Made by a program: the position numbers and the translations under genes. This document shows positions 29,096 to 42,905 of a stretch of DNA of 64,000 nucleotides, piece by piece. How positions within the stretch are numbered: position 1 is the first letter of the stretch; every line of letters begins with the position of its first letter. Source of the stretch: Felis catus (lineage: Eukaryota); NCBI RefSeq assembly GCF_018350175.1, contig NC_058368.1, positions 117,306,001-117,370,000 of the forward strand, read 5' to 3'. The notes below the pieces were generated by a model. It was given only the letters and a program-made list of their open reading frames with translations, did no database searches and was not told the DNA's origin.

Positions 29096-31839
29096 GGAAC
29101 AAGCAAGGTGGTAAAGTAGGAATTCTTTGCCCTAATACTTAATTTTAAACCATTATTTCTTTTTGCTCATGTTATTAAGTCAGTTAAATCCAGTGTAAAC
29201 TGTGAATCTTAACTTTTCCCACCATGGTCCAGAGGAGGTCAAGCTTCCACTGACTGAGTGCTAATCACATACCTGAAGCTGTTAAGAACCTTGCTCAGAA
29301 TCGATGGAGTTTAAAGTTACTTTATGTGTGCTGTTAACTAGGGACTGAAGATAGAAGGATGGTGAGGCAGACAGCAACACCCAAGGAGACTAACAGTTCT
29401 TTTTGTCACCACCCTTAGTTACTACCTGGCACTTGCGAAAACAAGCTACAAAAAGGATGAGGATGTACAATTTAGGTTGCCACAGCCACGGTTAAACTTA
29501 TTTGCACCTAGAGCAGTTGCTTCTAGGATCTGGTCCTCCAAACTCAAAATGTTCCTCAGAACCAATCAATAACCCCAACCATTCTGGGACGGATGTAACA
29601 CAGGTAACAGAACTTGGGTCTAATGAAACAGTGCCAGCTGGATTGCTCACAGCTACAGGTTAAAGAAAGGAAACCAGCAACTTGTTCCTTCTGCCTACAG
29701 ACTTTATTTCCTTTCTGCTCATCCCTACTAACGCTATGTAAGTTTACAGAATTATTATCTCCTGCTTGACTTACTGTAACAGCTTCCTAACTGATCTCCC
29801 TACCTCCAGTCCTGTCTACCCAACACTAAATCCATTATCCATATTACATCCAAGAGTAATCTTTCTAAAATGACACGGTGTCCATGGTATTTCCTCATTT
29901 AAAACACTTCAATGGCTCCCTACTACTACCCTCAGGTTAAAATCCAAATTCCTTAGCGTGGAATAGGACATTCCTTCCTGGATTCTCCCTCTCATCTCTT
30001 GCAAACCCTCGCATCCCAAACTAGTTGCAGGTCCACAAATAGATCATGCTGTCTTACCACCCCAGACTTTCCCTAGGCTGCTCCTTCCCTCAGTCTAGAC
30101 TGTGCTCTCAAAGCTAAATCAAACAGGCCCTGCAGGATGATACCTCCTCTAATTGGACAAGTGCTTCTCCTTATGTTTCCACAGTAATAGGTACTTGACT
30201 GTCTCATAGCACTACTTGTGGATTACAATTGTCTCTTGACTGTCTGTCTCCTCTACCCCTTTCCAGACTAAGTTCCTTCAGGGCAGAGCCTGAGACTCAG
30301 TCATTATATTTCCTGTGAACAAATACTACCATCTGGGGCTGCTTTCCTAAAATACCAAACCCGGAAGAAGCTCTCAGATCTATTCACTGTGTCAATGAAA
30401 AAACTGAAGCCCAGACAGGTAGAGTAAATCATGGTAGTCACATGACCAGCAACAAGCTGGGAATGAACTCTAGTCTCCAGATTCCGAAGCCCAAAAATCT
30501 TTGCATTCTCCAAATTCTTGTGTTTTGGTCCCACTTAATGCCCACTAACTCTTGCCTTTGATATCAAAGTAAATATAACTTTTCATAAAAAGAAAGATAC
30601 CACTTTCCCTTGCTTTCCTTGGTACATTAGAAACAGATTCACTTACTTAAAAAATTAACCACATTTTAGTGGTCAGTTTCAGTAAGGAGAGCAAAAATGA
30701 TGCATGCAGGATCAAAGTTGTATTTCCTCAAAATTTCCAACAGAGGGCAGCAACTACCAAGAAAGCGAATCACCCTACAGACAAAATTCAGTTTCAAAAC
30801 CCAACAGAACACCCAAATAGCAAGCTCAATTCAATTACTGAAATGGAACCTGCTCCTACACTATACTGAGGGTGTACTGTTTATTGACTTAAAACTATGT
30901 GTGTTTTCCTTACAAGTCCTAGATATACAGTGTTTAAAAACAGTAAGCTTTGCTCAGTGTTTTCCTTGTATCATTAGTTGTTTTGTGGATTCTGAGATAC
31001 AAAATGAGAAATTTCCAGCTCATAAAAAGCATAAATGACTAAAGGTAGTGAAGTCCAGGAAGATAAATGCTGCTGGAGCTATATTTGTGGCTAACACCTC
31101 AAATGTCCAAGCTTTTTCACTAGGTTCTCTAATCACCCTACCTGCCTCTAAATGCCTCTCCTCTCAAAATTCTCCTTGCTTGCTGTCAATTTTCTTCTGC
31201 CCCCAACCAAACTCTTGCTCTCCTAGCCTGTTGGCACTCACTACTTCATCTTCCTGTCCTTCCTACTGAGTCTTCCCCTAAAGCCTTTAACTATAAACAC
31301 AGATACTGGAAGAAGCATAGATACTAAGTGAAACCTTTTATAATATCCAAGTCTGCTCATGAATACAGATTAACAGGAACTACTAGATAAAAGTACCTAA
31401 TGTCTTGACCCTTCCTGAAACCCTTCTGAATCTACAGAAAAAGAATTTTTGGAAAGATAACAATGATGAAAGGAGGAGCCTACAAGGTTGGAAGAATGAG
31501 AAAAGCACAAGGGCAAACAAATTTTGAGGCTGTGAATAAACAGGACTAGCAGTAAACCCAGCAGGCCTAAGACAGCTGAATCCTAAACTAAAAGTAGGAA
31601 AAGCCAATAACCAAGCTGAACTATATTTAAAGGTCCTCAAAAGGTTCAAGATTTAGCAGCCCCAGGAACCTATGGAAATGGGAGTTGGAAGGGATAGGCT
31701 AAAAATAGGAGGACTGGTTGGAAGCTGTTTAAGAAGCACTGGGATCTACTGGTAGATCCTCCCTCCCCACTCCCCCAGTCCTCCTGGCCCATACCACTGG
31801 GAGAGTACCCTCCCTTACTCCAGCAGAAAGAAGTATATT

Positions 31840-32045
31840 CTTTTTTTTTTTTTTTAAGTTTATTTATTGATTTTGAGAGAGAGCGTGTGCCCATGCATGC
31901 GAGAGGGAGCAGTCGAGGAGAGAGAGAGAATCCCAAGCAGGCTTTGCACAATATCATTAGCTTGGAGCCCAATGAAGGGCTGGATCCCACCAACTGCAAG
32001 ATCAAGAGTCTGACACCAAATAGACAGTGCCACTCAGGTGTCCCT
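31840..32045 (-). mobile_element. Can-SINE (older subfamily)
   Basis: Poly-T, gagagaatcccaagcagg, gccactcaggtgtccc. Confidence 0.82.
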
Positions 32046-32309
32046 GGAAGTTTTAGGCTTACAAGAAAGTAAAATAGGGTCTGTGACTGGGAGATGCCAG
32101 GCACAGTTGGGGGCAGGAATCCTATACCAAAAAGAAGAGTAAGCAAATCTATGCATATTACCTACTAAGACACCTAGCACCTTCCCCCTTAAAGTTTCTC
32201 AGAACCCCAGCAGCATGGCCCTTACCATTGAGGTGGTAAATTGGTAGACTCTTGTCTGGGAATTGAAAAATGAGCTAAAACTCCTGACACAGTCCAAGTA
32301 GATCACTCT

Positions 32310-32832
32310 GGAACTCTGCAATCTAATATGGTAGCTACTACCCACATGTAATAACTTAGCACTTTTAATGTCATTAGTATGCCTGAGGGATGAATTTTAA
32401 ATTTTATTTAACTTTAAATAAATTTAAATTTAAAAACTTGTATTTTATTGTTAATGTTAAACTTAAGTATGTTTGGAATATCCTGGGTATGTGAATCTAC
32501 TTTGACCTGTAAAATTTATAAAGTCTAAATTTACCTCAACTACTTTTTATGAAAATTTAACATCTAAATTGAGATGTACTATATATAAATGTAAAACAAA
32601 CACTGGAGTCCAACAACTTAATACTAAAAACAAAATATAAAACATCTCATTAATAATTTCATGTTTACTACCTATTGAAATATTTTTATATATTGGATTA
32701 CATAAACTAATATTATTACAATTAATTTCACATGTTTCTTTTTTTTTTTTTTTCTCTTTATGCCTTTTTCTGTAGCTGCCAGAAAATCTGATACATATGG
32801 AACTCACATTGTATCTCTACTGGACAAAGTTG
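32310..32832. mobile_element. hAT-Charlie (Charlie1/MER33-like) DNA transposon remnant
   Basis: aatatggtagctactacccacatgt and ctcacattgtatctctactggaca termini around an AT-rich interior. Confidence 0.6.
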
Positions 32833-33099
32833 TTCTACCATAAAGTGCACACTTAACAAACCAGTTCATCTAGAGTTTCCAATCAGTTTGTTAGTCCCTC
32901 ATTCTTAAACATTAGCAGACAACCCAGGTTATTGGACATTTGAGAAAAGCCACTAATGCAAGACATAAAAAAAAGGGGGGGGGGCTGCTTGTCATATATA
33001 GACTATGCAAAAAGGTTTTCAAAATCACTAATATCCACAAAAGATAACATAATGCCATTTTAAGAAACATTCAGAGGAAAAAGAACACATAGAAGTTGA

Positions 33100-33700
33100 A
33101 AACAGAACAGAAACTCAAGAGAAAGCTCAATAGGATGGGAAGATAAAAACTGAGGAAATCTCCCAAAAAGTAGAGCAAAAAGACAGAGATGGAAAAATAA
33201 GAGAGGAAATGTAAGATCAGTTTGGAAGGCCCAATACGCAAATAATAGGAGAAAACAGGGAAGCAAGTTACCCAAGAAATAATGCAATAATATTTCCCAC
33301 TACCCAAGGATACGTCTCCAGCACAAAGGACAAAAATAGACCACACAAAGGCAATATTACAGTGAAATTTCAAAACACTAAATACAAAGAACATTCTATA
33401 ACACTTGACAGAAAGGGTGAAAATTTGATGATATATAAGGTAACCAGAACAGATTTAGACTTTTTAAAAACAATACATGAAAAGCTAAATGACAATAGAG
33501 CAAGGCCTTTAAAAGCACGAAGAAAAATAATTTTGAACTGAGAATTCTATACCCAACAAAGCAATCAAATTTTGAGTTCAGAATAGACATTTTCAGAAGC
33601 TTGAGCTTTCAAAATTTGTCCCTATACAACTCAGGAAGCTACTGCAGGATATGCTCCACCAAAATGAGGGAATAAACCAAGAAGGAGAAGGAGCATGAAA
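33100..33700 (+). mobile_element. Degenerate L1 ORF1/HAL1-like fragment
   Basis: A-rich with agaattctataccca (RILYP-type) motif; many stops. Confidence 0.55.
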
Positions 33701-34771
33701 GAGGGGAATGAAATCTCTAGGGTAAAGATTGGAGCCGACTCTTTTGTCAGACAGCACAATTAAAAGGGAACTATGAGAACTGAGTCAAACCCTCCAATAC
33801 TGCCATCACCATCAGCCACTTTTGTTCCGGGCTTTTAAAATGACAATAGCTGGTGAAGTGACCCAGCCAGATTCTTGGCTTATTGGAACCATATGTTAAT
33901 AACTTCTTCACTTCCTTCCTTGCTCTACTTCCAGGACCTCAAGGACACTCATTCCACCCCACAGAGTTTTTCTACTTTGACTTTTCCAGAAGAGCTAAGG
34001 TTAGCCATGGTAAGCTTATAAATAGAAAATACAGAGCACTGGACTCCCCTGACCATATTCTTGTTGGACATCTAGTATTGGACCCTCACTGCAGCCTAGC
34101 CAGATGTTCAACTATGGTGAGTTCTAGGTTCTCTAGGCTTGGCCCAGTGATACCCTCATAAGGAGCCACTGTAAACTCTTGAGAGAATCTAAAGTCAGAC
34201 TATGAGTCCAAGTACTCCGTTTATCTTCTCCGGGAGCTTCCATGTAGCTAACAGTGGCAATACTGTCATATACACATACAGAGTAGGTTTTTACTTGTTA
34301 CTCAAGTTCTATAATCATCTTTCATTTATTCAATTACTGATAGAAGCATTAAGAAAAAAAAGAGACAACTGGACCAAAATGGAGTCACTTGTACTAAGCC
34401 CCACATCAGCAAAACAAGGCTTAATATCTAACCTAAGTGTAGTTTCAGCCTCTCCCAGGAATGTTACCTTTAACCAGTTAATCTGGAATTAAGTGATCAG
34501 CACTAGTGAGGTAATATGCACCATAGGCCCCCTGCCTCCCCCAAAGAAGGTGACCTTGCTTGAAACAATCCACTCTGTTAGACACTTCCTTTTTCCACTA
34601 CCTTTTGCCTATAAAAGGCTTCCATTTTGCACAGCTCCTCAGAGCTCCTGATTTGCCAGATGGGATGCGACCCAATTCAAGAATAACTGAAAAAAGCTAA
34701 TATGATCTTCAAATTATTCAGGTGAATGTTGTTGTTTAATAGCATAAAGCATTTTATTTTAAAAAGGATAA

Positions 34772-35100
34772 GGGGCACCTGGGTGGCTCAGTCAGTTGGG
34801 CATCCGACTTTGGCTCAGGTCATGATCTCACAGTTTGTGAGTTTGAGCCCCACATCAGGCTTTGTGCTGACAGCCTGGAGCCTGCTTCAGATTCTGTGTC
34901 TTCCTCTCTCTCTGCCCTCCCCCACTAGCGCGCGCTCTATCTCTCAAAATAAATAAACATTAAAAAAATTAAAGAAAAAAATAGGAGTAAAAAAGGGGTA
35001 CCTAGCTGGCTCAATCAGTACAGCATGTGACTCTTGATCTTGGGGTTGTGAGTTTGAACCTGAAGTTGGGTATAGAGATTACTTATATAAATAAAATTAA
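34772..35100 (+). mobile_element. Can-SINE plus adjacent short carnivore SINE
   Basis: Consensus heads at 34772 and about 34995. Confidence 0.85.
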
Positions 35101-35712
35101 ATGGAGTAAAAAAAAAAATATTCCATAGAAACTTATTCAACAGAATTAGGTGAGGAAATAAATTTCTAAAGGTCATTAGGTGGTACCAGAAAAGAGCTCA
35201 ACAAAATTGCATTTACTAAAATGACCTTCACTTCTCTAAAAGATACTCAGTGTTATTAAATCTTATTTAAAGCAATAAAAATTGCTCAAAGGTGTACCGC
35301 ATCAAAAGCAATAGCATCAAAAATAAATATACTTAAAAAATAAAATAAATATATTTGGCTGGGTACTGAGATGAAAAGCTGTCCCCTCACCATCCCTTTC
35401 AAAGAATAATTCAAGGCTCTGATTCACTCACCACATCCTAATGTTATATGTGGTAAGATAAATCTTTTGGTTATCATCTACAGGAAATAAGAAACTTCCT
35501 AGACATTTTACAGTTTGGTTTCTATAAGAAACCAAAAACAAAAAAGTCCAAAGATCCCAAGGTATGCTGTATGGGCCAAACTAATTAAATGACTTAATGA
35601 CTATGGAACATACCCTGATCAATTATTATAATAAATGCAAATGAACTATACAACTTATCTTCCATACTGGATTTATTGTTGTAGTGGTTGTATTTATTAA
35701 CTCTTCAGTTTG

Positions 35713-35940
35713 TTTTTTTTTTTTAATTTTTTTTTAACGTTTATTTATTTTTGAGACAGAGAGAGACAGAGCATGAACGGGGGAGGGTCAGAGAGAGAGA
35801 GGGAGACACAGAATCCGAAACAGGCTCCAGGCTCCGAGCAGTCAGCACAGAGCCCGATGCAGGGCTTGAGCTCACAGACCGCGAGATCATGACCTGAGCC
35901 GAAGTCGGATGCTCAACCGACTGAGCCACCCAGGCGCCCC
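35713..35940 (-). mobile_element. Can-SINE (young)
   Basis: Full consensus; flanking repeat cttcagttt. Confidence 0.92.
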
Positions 35941-36274
35941 ACTTCAGTTTTTAAAAAGCAGGTGTATGGGACTAAACATGGCAGTCTTTTAGACAAGAGT
36001 TTCCCTTTGTTTCTTTGCCTAGCAACAGAACTGGCAATTTTTTAAACTCAAGGATATACAAAAAGCATTGGAGAGACTGATTGACCTCTATCCAATTTCC
36101 TGAATCTTTAACTTTTCTCACTCATCAGAAAAAGGGCATAGAATTCTCAAACAATTAAGGATGGTCTCTTGGCATAAGATGTTCATGTAGCCAAACAAAA
36201 AGCAATTAGGTAGCGTCTTAGCAGCAGAGAGGTTAGCAGAGATCTAATAAGAGATTAAGATTAAACTTTACTGT

Positions 36275-36497
36275 GGGGCCCCTGGGTGGCTCAGTCGGTT
36301 CAGAGTCTGACTTCAGCTCAGGTCATGCGTGATCCCTCGGTTCGTGAGTTCAAGCCGAGCATCGAGCTCTGGTGCTGACAGCTCAGAGCCTGAAGCCTGC
36401 TTCAAATTCTGTGTCCCCCTTTCTCTCCGCCCCACCCCTGCTTGTGCTCTGTCTCTCTCTGTCTTCCAAAAAAGAATAAACATTAAAAAAAATTTTA
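36275..36497 (+). mobile_element. Can-SINE
   Basis: TSD aagattaaactttact. Confidence 0.9.
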
Positions 36498-37199
36498 AAG
36501 ATTAAACTTTACTTTGAACAGAGTACATTACATAGCAGAAAGTGTTTCTCATTTCCACCATGTGCTTCACAGGAACAGTTCATCATGGATGTTAATCCCA
36601 TGAACCATATGGCTTGCATACAGGTAAATGCAAACCCACAACTGCAAGCTTATACCTCAGTACTTTCTAAATGCTTTGTTCAGGCTAACTTAATTTTTTA
36701 AAAATTGTAATTAAAGTATAGTTGATACACAGTATTAGTTTCAGGTGCACAACACAGTGACTCAACAATTATATACATCATAAAATGCTCACTAAAGTAG
36801 TACAGTATTACTAACTATATTCCCCACACTATACTTTTTATCCCCATGACTTATTTTAGAACTGCAAATTTGTAATCTTCTTCACCCATTTTGCCCATTC
36901 TTCCACTACTCTCCCTCTACTTAAAAAAAAATTATTGAGGCTGACAGGCTAACCAGACAACTACAACTACATTTGGGCTCTTGGCTACATGACTATCACC
37001 AGAACACTACAGCTGAATGGGTTTGGCCCCCACAGTGTAAGGATTCTAAGAGGCCCAGGATCCCTGGGAACTACAGGTTTTCTTATAAAACCTATTATCA
37101 CAAAGCAATTCACTAACTGCCTCAGTACAGTCAATTCATACCTCTTCCTCTTCTGACATCCACCCTTGCTCAGCAGCTGTCTAATATAGTCTAAGGGAA

Positions 37200-37745
37200 A
37201 TGTTTACAGGGATACGTAAAACTCTAAGATGTCCCCCAGGATTCCTAGCGTGACATATGCACCCTGTATAATGACCATGAGGACTGTACTGTGCCAAGGT
37301 TGTATTATTCAGCACAATTGACTACTAAGAAAGGGAAATAATCTGCACAGCCTGACCCAATCACACGTGGCCTTTAAATGTGAGGTGAGATGTTAGAGAC
37401 ACAAGGATTCATCGTGTCATTTTTGGCTTGAGCATGAAGGGGGCCAAACGACTACAGGCAGCTACTAGTAGCTGAGAGCCAACAAAGAAACAGGGACCTC
37501 AGCTCTACAACTCCAAGAAACTGAATTTGGCCAACACCTGAATGAGCTTGGAAGCAGATTTTCCCCCAGTGACTACAGATTTGAACTGGCCCAGCTGACT
37601 GACATACCTTGACTTCAGCCCTCTGATACTCTGAAAATGCAACCACACTATTCATACTGGACTTCTGACTAATGGAACTGTGAGCTAGTAAGTAGGTTTT
37701 GCTTTAAACTGCTGAGTTTCTTACGGAGCAGTAGGAAACTAACAC
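37200..37745 (+). mobile_element. MLT1-type solo LTR
   Basis: gaatgagcttggaagcagattttcccc and aactgtgag...gcagtaggaaactaacac motifs. Confidence 0.7.
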
Positions 37746-38597
37746 GTTAAACAAAATGACAAAATCCACAATTTATCTAGAACTTTGGCTAATGGAAAAA
37801 GACCATGAGTCCTGATTTATTTCCAGCATCCTAAAAAACTAGAAGTATGATTTTGAGCAAATCACTTTAATTCTTCATGCTTCAGTTCCCCTATTTATTA
37901 AAAACAAAGCAAAACCAGACACACACACCACTTGGGAACTATGAGATATAAAACGGAATGATGACAGATCATTCTGTAAAGGCAATTATGCTGTTCTTAT
38001 TACAGAAAGACCTATTTTAAAATACACATCTGAAGACTGGACTAGTTGACACTGTGCTCCAACAACACAAGGAAAAAGCTATTCCTCATCTATAAACTAT
38101 ACACTTAGCCACAGTCCATCACTTCACAAAATGAACGAAAGGACTTACCAAGCCCAGGCTCTCACTATTTTCAATCAGACTGTTTATTGTAACCGTTTCT
38201 GTGGACCAGATTGTAAGTTGCTTGGGGGGAGAAACCCTTATCTTGTTCATTTCATATGCCCAATATTTAGTAAGTGTTTTAAGAATTATCATCACTACAG
38301 GCTTAAGAGCATCATCCTAGCCACAGTACATTCATTCATTAATTCCTTTATTCAAATTGGACAAACTGAGGAAATATTTCAAGTCAAAGTCTGTGACTGT
38401 TATGGACAGCTCAGTAAACTATGAAACCACACCTTCAAGAGTAACATCTTTCCCTATAAATGAGCACAGGGGACGCTGACTGATGCATGACACATGACAC
38501 ATTTTGAGTTGTCCTTGGGGAAAATATCCAATTATGGGACACATGTGACCGAGGGAGTCTTCCACTTCCTTTGAAAAGTAAGAAGACCCCCAGCCCT

Positions 38598-38817
38598 AGG
38601 GGCGCCTGGGTGGCTTGGTCAGTTAAGCGTCCGACTTCGGCTCAGGTCATGATCTCACGGTCCGTGAGTTTGAGCCCTGCGTCGGGCTCTGTGCTGACAG
38701 CTCAGAGCCTGGAGCCTGTTTCAGATTCTATGTCTCCCTCTCTCTCTGCTCTGCTCCTCCCCTGTTCATGCTCTGTCTCAAAAATAAATAAACGTTAAAA
38801 AAAAAAAAAAAAAAAAG
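38598..38817 (+). mobile_element. Can-SINE (young, long A tail)
   Basis: Full consensus; flanking repeat gaaaagtaagaag. Confidence 0.92.
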
Positions 38818-39149
38818 AAAAGTAAGAAGCCCTAAGACACAGGCTACCTATAGGTAAAATGGCAAGTGTCACTACAGCCAACAAGAATTTTCTTCCAAAT
38901 CCTCATCTACCTAACCAGGAAGGATCAGGTAAGGTATATGTCATTCAGAATCATACGGAGCATGGTATGGCTCTGACTCATCTCTTTATTCTATCATGGT
39001 AATGACATCCAGTTCCTCAGGATAGTTCCTTAGGCAACAGAAGGTTATAAAGTGCACTTGAATTCAATTACCAATGAAAACCCCTCCAGCATGGCTGCAA
39101 AATTTGCCACATTTCCACTAACAAACAGCAAAGGCCGGGTAAGCTTTTC

Positions 39150-39380
39150 TTTTTTTTTTTTTTTTTAATTTTTTTTTTTAACGTTTATTTATTTTTGAGA
39201 CAGAGAGAGACAGAGCATGAATGGCGGAGGGTCAGAGAGAGGGAGACACAGAATCTGAAACAGGCTCCAGGCTCTGAGCTGTCAGCACAGAGCCCGACGC
39301 GGGGCTCGAACTCACAGACCGTGAGATCGTGACCTGAGCTGAAGTCGGACGCTTAACCGACTGAGCCACCCAGGCGCCCC
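39150..39380 (-). mobile_element. Can-SINE (young)
   Basis: TSD aagcttttcttttt. Confidence 0.92.
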
Positions 39381-40962
39381 AAGCTTTTCTTTTTATCTCT
39401 GTTTCAGTCTTATCCTTAGGACTGTGTCATCTCATAGGAATGGTATGAAGAATAAGACATAAAATAGATGGAAAGCAATTTGTTTTGCAAAGTGCTTTGT
39501 AAAAGTTAAATGAGATATGAGGATGGAACCAATGAAACTTTTCAGTCTCCCTTCCTCAATTTTCACTTCTCATACAGAAGTCAATCAGAACTATACAGAA
39601 AGAAATAATGGGTAATATCTGCAAATGTAGAGAAGAACTTTCCCTTCGATTTTCAAGAATGGCTCAAAGATGACACTGAATTAAGTATCTCATCTACCAT
39701 TTACAGAGAAACAAACTAGATTCCGACATCACGATTAATTGATGCCAAAAGCTTCAACAGGAGTTGTGTAGAACTGGAGCACCCACTTCAAAAAAGAAAA
39801 TAATGCAAAAAAGGGTATCTCCAAGAAAAAGAAGACTAAAAGCAAAGCACAAAAAGGACCAAGAATTGGAAACCATCAACTATAAAGCTAACTGAACACT
39901 CTTAAGTTAAATAGGTTTAAGGGAAAGAAACCTCAAGATTACCTGGCAGTCCCCAGAAATGGAGATGGCTCACTCAATGTTTTCCACGATCTCTAAGCAA
40001 AAACTGCTCAAGGACTAACACTTTAGCAGCTCATCCAGTTAGTTTCATTCTGCCTCAGCAGCCCCACAGCTAAAACTCACAATTGAACAGGTAACTTGTT
40101 AAAATTCATACAAGAAACAAAAGGAACACAGCAGAGTCCAAGATCTTGTATTCCTAATTAAGACCGTTCTTTCAATCTACCCCTGTCTTCCAGAAGCAGT
40201 ATCTTTTTAGTGATACTACCCAGGGAGCCCTAAAAGATTCCAGGCAGTAGCACCAGTCAAGCACAAGTTAGAATTGTCCTAAAAAGAGTACTGGGTAACA
40301 AATCATTCCCCGTTTCATTAATTTAGTTAGAAATTTGAAGCAATTTACCTACAAATGCAAAGCAACCAACTCAATATCCCCACAACTGTCTAAATCAGGG
40401 TCTGCTTTCACCCAACTGTGATTAAAATGAGGGAAAAACTATCTTTAACATTAGGATTCAGTCCTCTGACAGGTCCAAAATGCATTCTAATAGTCCTCTT
40501 GTTAGTTCAAGAAGGCAAGCCTCTTGGGGAAAAGGAGAAGGCAACATTCTGCCTACTGCTTAGCTCATTTTGAAGCCTGGGACTGGCATAGCCTGCATCC
40601 TAGATAGCTGATAGCCTGGAGAAAAGAAGGCAAGTCCACTCAGGTTTCACTATTCCAGCTCAGCAGACAGGTGGAAGTCAGGCTGGGAACATAGCATTCC
40701 TCCTACAAGCCCATCCAAACAAACTGGCAGCCCCGTGCACTGTGAACCACCCATGGGCTGGGAAAACAAGCTGCCAACAGAGAAAGTGCTCAGATTCTGG
40801 AAGTCTTAGTTTCCTACCAGTGTCACGATGTGTGGCAGACATGACCACCTCTTTTGCTGTGAGGAAGGAAGTGCACATATAGTCTGTCATCTGGTGAGAT
40901 ATCAGTAAGCAAGTCTTCCCTTTCAAACATCCTAAGGTTCTGATAAAACTTGTGAATGCACA

Positions 40963-41422
40963 CAGGTATCCCCCACTTTTCAAAAGTTCATATTAGGCCA
41001 CTTTGCTTTTATGAAAGACCTATATAAGTACCTGTTTTCGCTAACCAAAAGAAATCCAAAAGAGATTTTCGCTTTTACCAAAAAAGGTGAAAAGTGAAAA
41101 TAGCATTCAGCGTTTGTTTTCTAGCAAGCATTTTAAGAGAGGCAGGGCACCCCGAGCACAGCCACACTCAGCATCTCAGCATCAGGCCACCAGCGCTTTG
41201 AACGGTGTCTGTTAAGCATCCATGTTTAATCTCCATTTGTTTTGTGCATCCGTTAGCAAGATGTGACCTGAGGTATCAGAAAAGCCTAAGAGAGGTTATT
41301 TTTAGGAATGCTCGAAAAATCTTCCCTATAAATTAATGGTAAGTGCTTCTTTGCTTTATGCCATTTTGGCTTATGAAAGTTTTCATAGGAACACTCAACT
41401 TTTAGATGATGGGGGAAACCTG
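40963..41422. mobile_element. Tc1/mariner (Tigger-like) non-autonomous element
   Basis: Terminal inverted repeats caggtatccccca / tgggggaaacctg. Confidence 0.6.
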
Positions 41423-42722
41423 ATTAGAAAACAATAATGTTAACCTGTTTTTCTAAAATTTCAACACATTTCTCCAGTTCCAAATACTTCACTTTCTTAC
41501 TGGGTCTCTCTCTTTACTGCCTGAGCTTAGATTGTAATTGCTCCTTTAAAAGGGGGGTGTTGTCCATTCATTTGGAAATAGTCAGTGACTCAGGAATGCT
41601 GTTTCCCAATCTCCGTAGCAACTGTCTTCTCCTCCCATGTTGTGATGTGAGTAGCAGGACATCTACTCTTCCTCAAGGGTGAGCACATGTATGACACACC
41701 CAAGGCCTGGCTGACAGGAAGTTCCTGCAGCTGATATTACTTCTACATACAGGCACCAAGTATGAAGCCACCTTATTTTAAATCCCATTCTCAAGTCCTT
41801 AATTTCTAAATGATGGTTACACCTTTTTTTTTTCTGTCCTCACGTCATTCCTAAATACACAGAAATAATCATAGCCTACTGATAATAGCTTAACCGATCC
41901 AAAAATTACACTACTACTCAAAAAGCCAGACTTGATCTTATGAAACCAAGTAAACATTTTCTGGGCCCCTACAAATTTAGAATAAGATCTGATTTTGAAA
42001 AAATCTTGCAGGGGAGGGGGGCAGGAGAGCAGAAGGCGAAATCTCATTACTCCTCTAACACCACAAATACAAGCAAAAGTTAAAATAGGGTACTTCTGAT
42101 ACTTGGAGCAATTGTACTCGTGTAGAACTATGTTCTAACACAAATACAGAATTTCAGGCCAAAGTACTTAGGCTACAAAGAAACTTCCATGTATCATTTT
42201 TTTTTCTTTTTGGTTCTATCTACTTTAAAATAACTATAATTTCTGGAAAACAAGGTAGGGGATTGTTTTACTTTATTTTTATACACATCTATATTTTCTT
42301 AGAAATATGTGTTTCACTTTTATAATAAAATATACATTTCCATTTCAAATAAAAGTAACATTTTTTAGATTAGAAAGCTAGAAAATGTTTATGATACATT
42401 GTTTTAAAAGCAGAAAACCTGTGTCAACTATAATTCCAACTTTGCAAAAACATGTGCATAGACATAATAACTAGAATATTCAAATACTAAGTGAAATAAA
42501 AATGAAAAGTAGAAATTTGGGGTTTAGATACTGTTATTTTGAAAATACATGTTTTTTCAAAAAAAAAAAAGCATAAAAACAATCATGGCACAGCACCTAA
42601 AAGCAAAGTAACATCATCCAATTCCCATATTCAAAATGCCCACCAGTATTTACTCTTCTCTAGTCATACTTTGCTTAAGGAAACACTCTGGCAGGGCACA
42701 ATGAGAAAAGTTAGGGATGAAA

Positions 42723-42905
42723 GGGGCACCTGGGTGGCTCAGTCAGTTAAGCCTTGCACTTCAGCTCAGGTCATGATCTCACAGTTTCTGAGTTCAATCC
42801 CAGCATCAGGTTCTCTGCTGTCAGCGCAGAGCCCGCTTTGGATCCTCTGTCTCCCCTCTCTCTGCACCTCCCCCACTCACTTTCAAAAATAAATAAACAT
42901 TAAAA
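42723..42905 (+). mobile_element. Can-SINE
   Basis: Consensus; flanking repeat gaaaa(g)ttagggatga. Confidence 0.88.

Noticed and set aside
28875..29142. KERK- and FFLS-repeat ORFs
   Set aside because: Translation of the (GAAA)n microsatellite
34370..34745. Possible carnivore ERV solo LTR
   Set aside because: LTR-like composition (TATAAAA, possible TG..CA ends) but I cannot fix family or boundaries without a Dfam search
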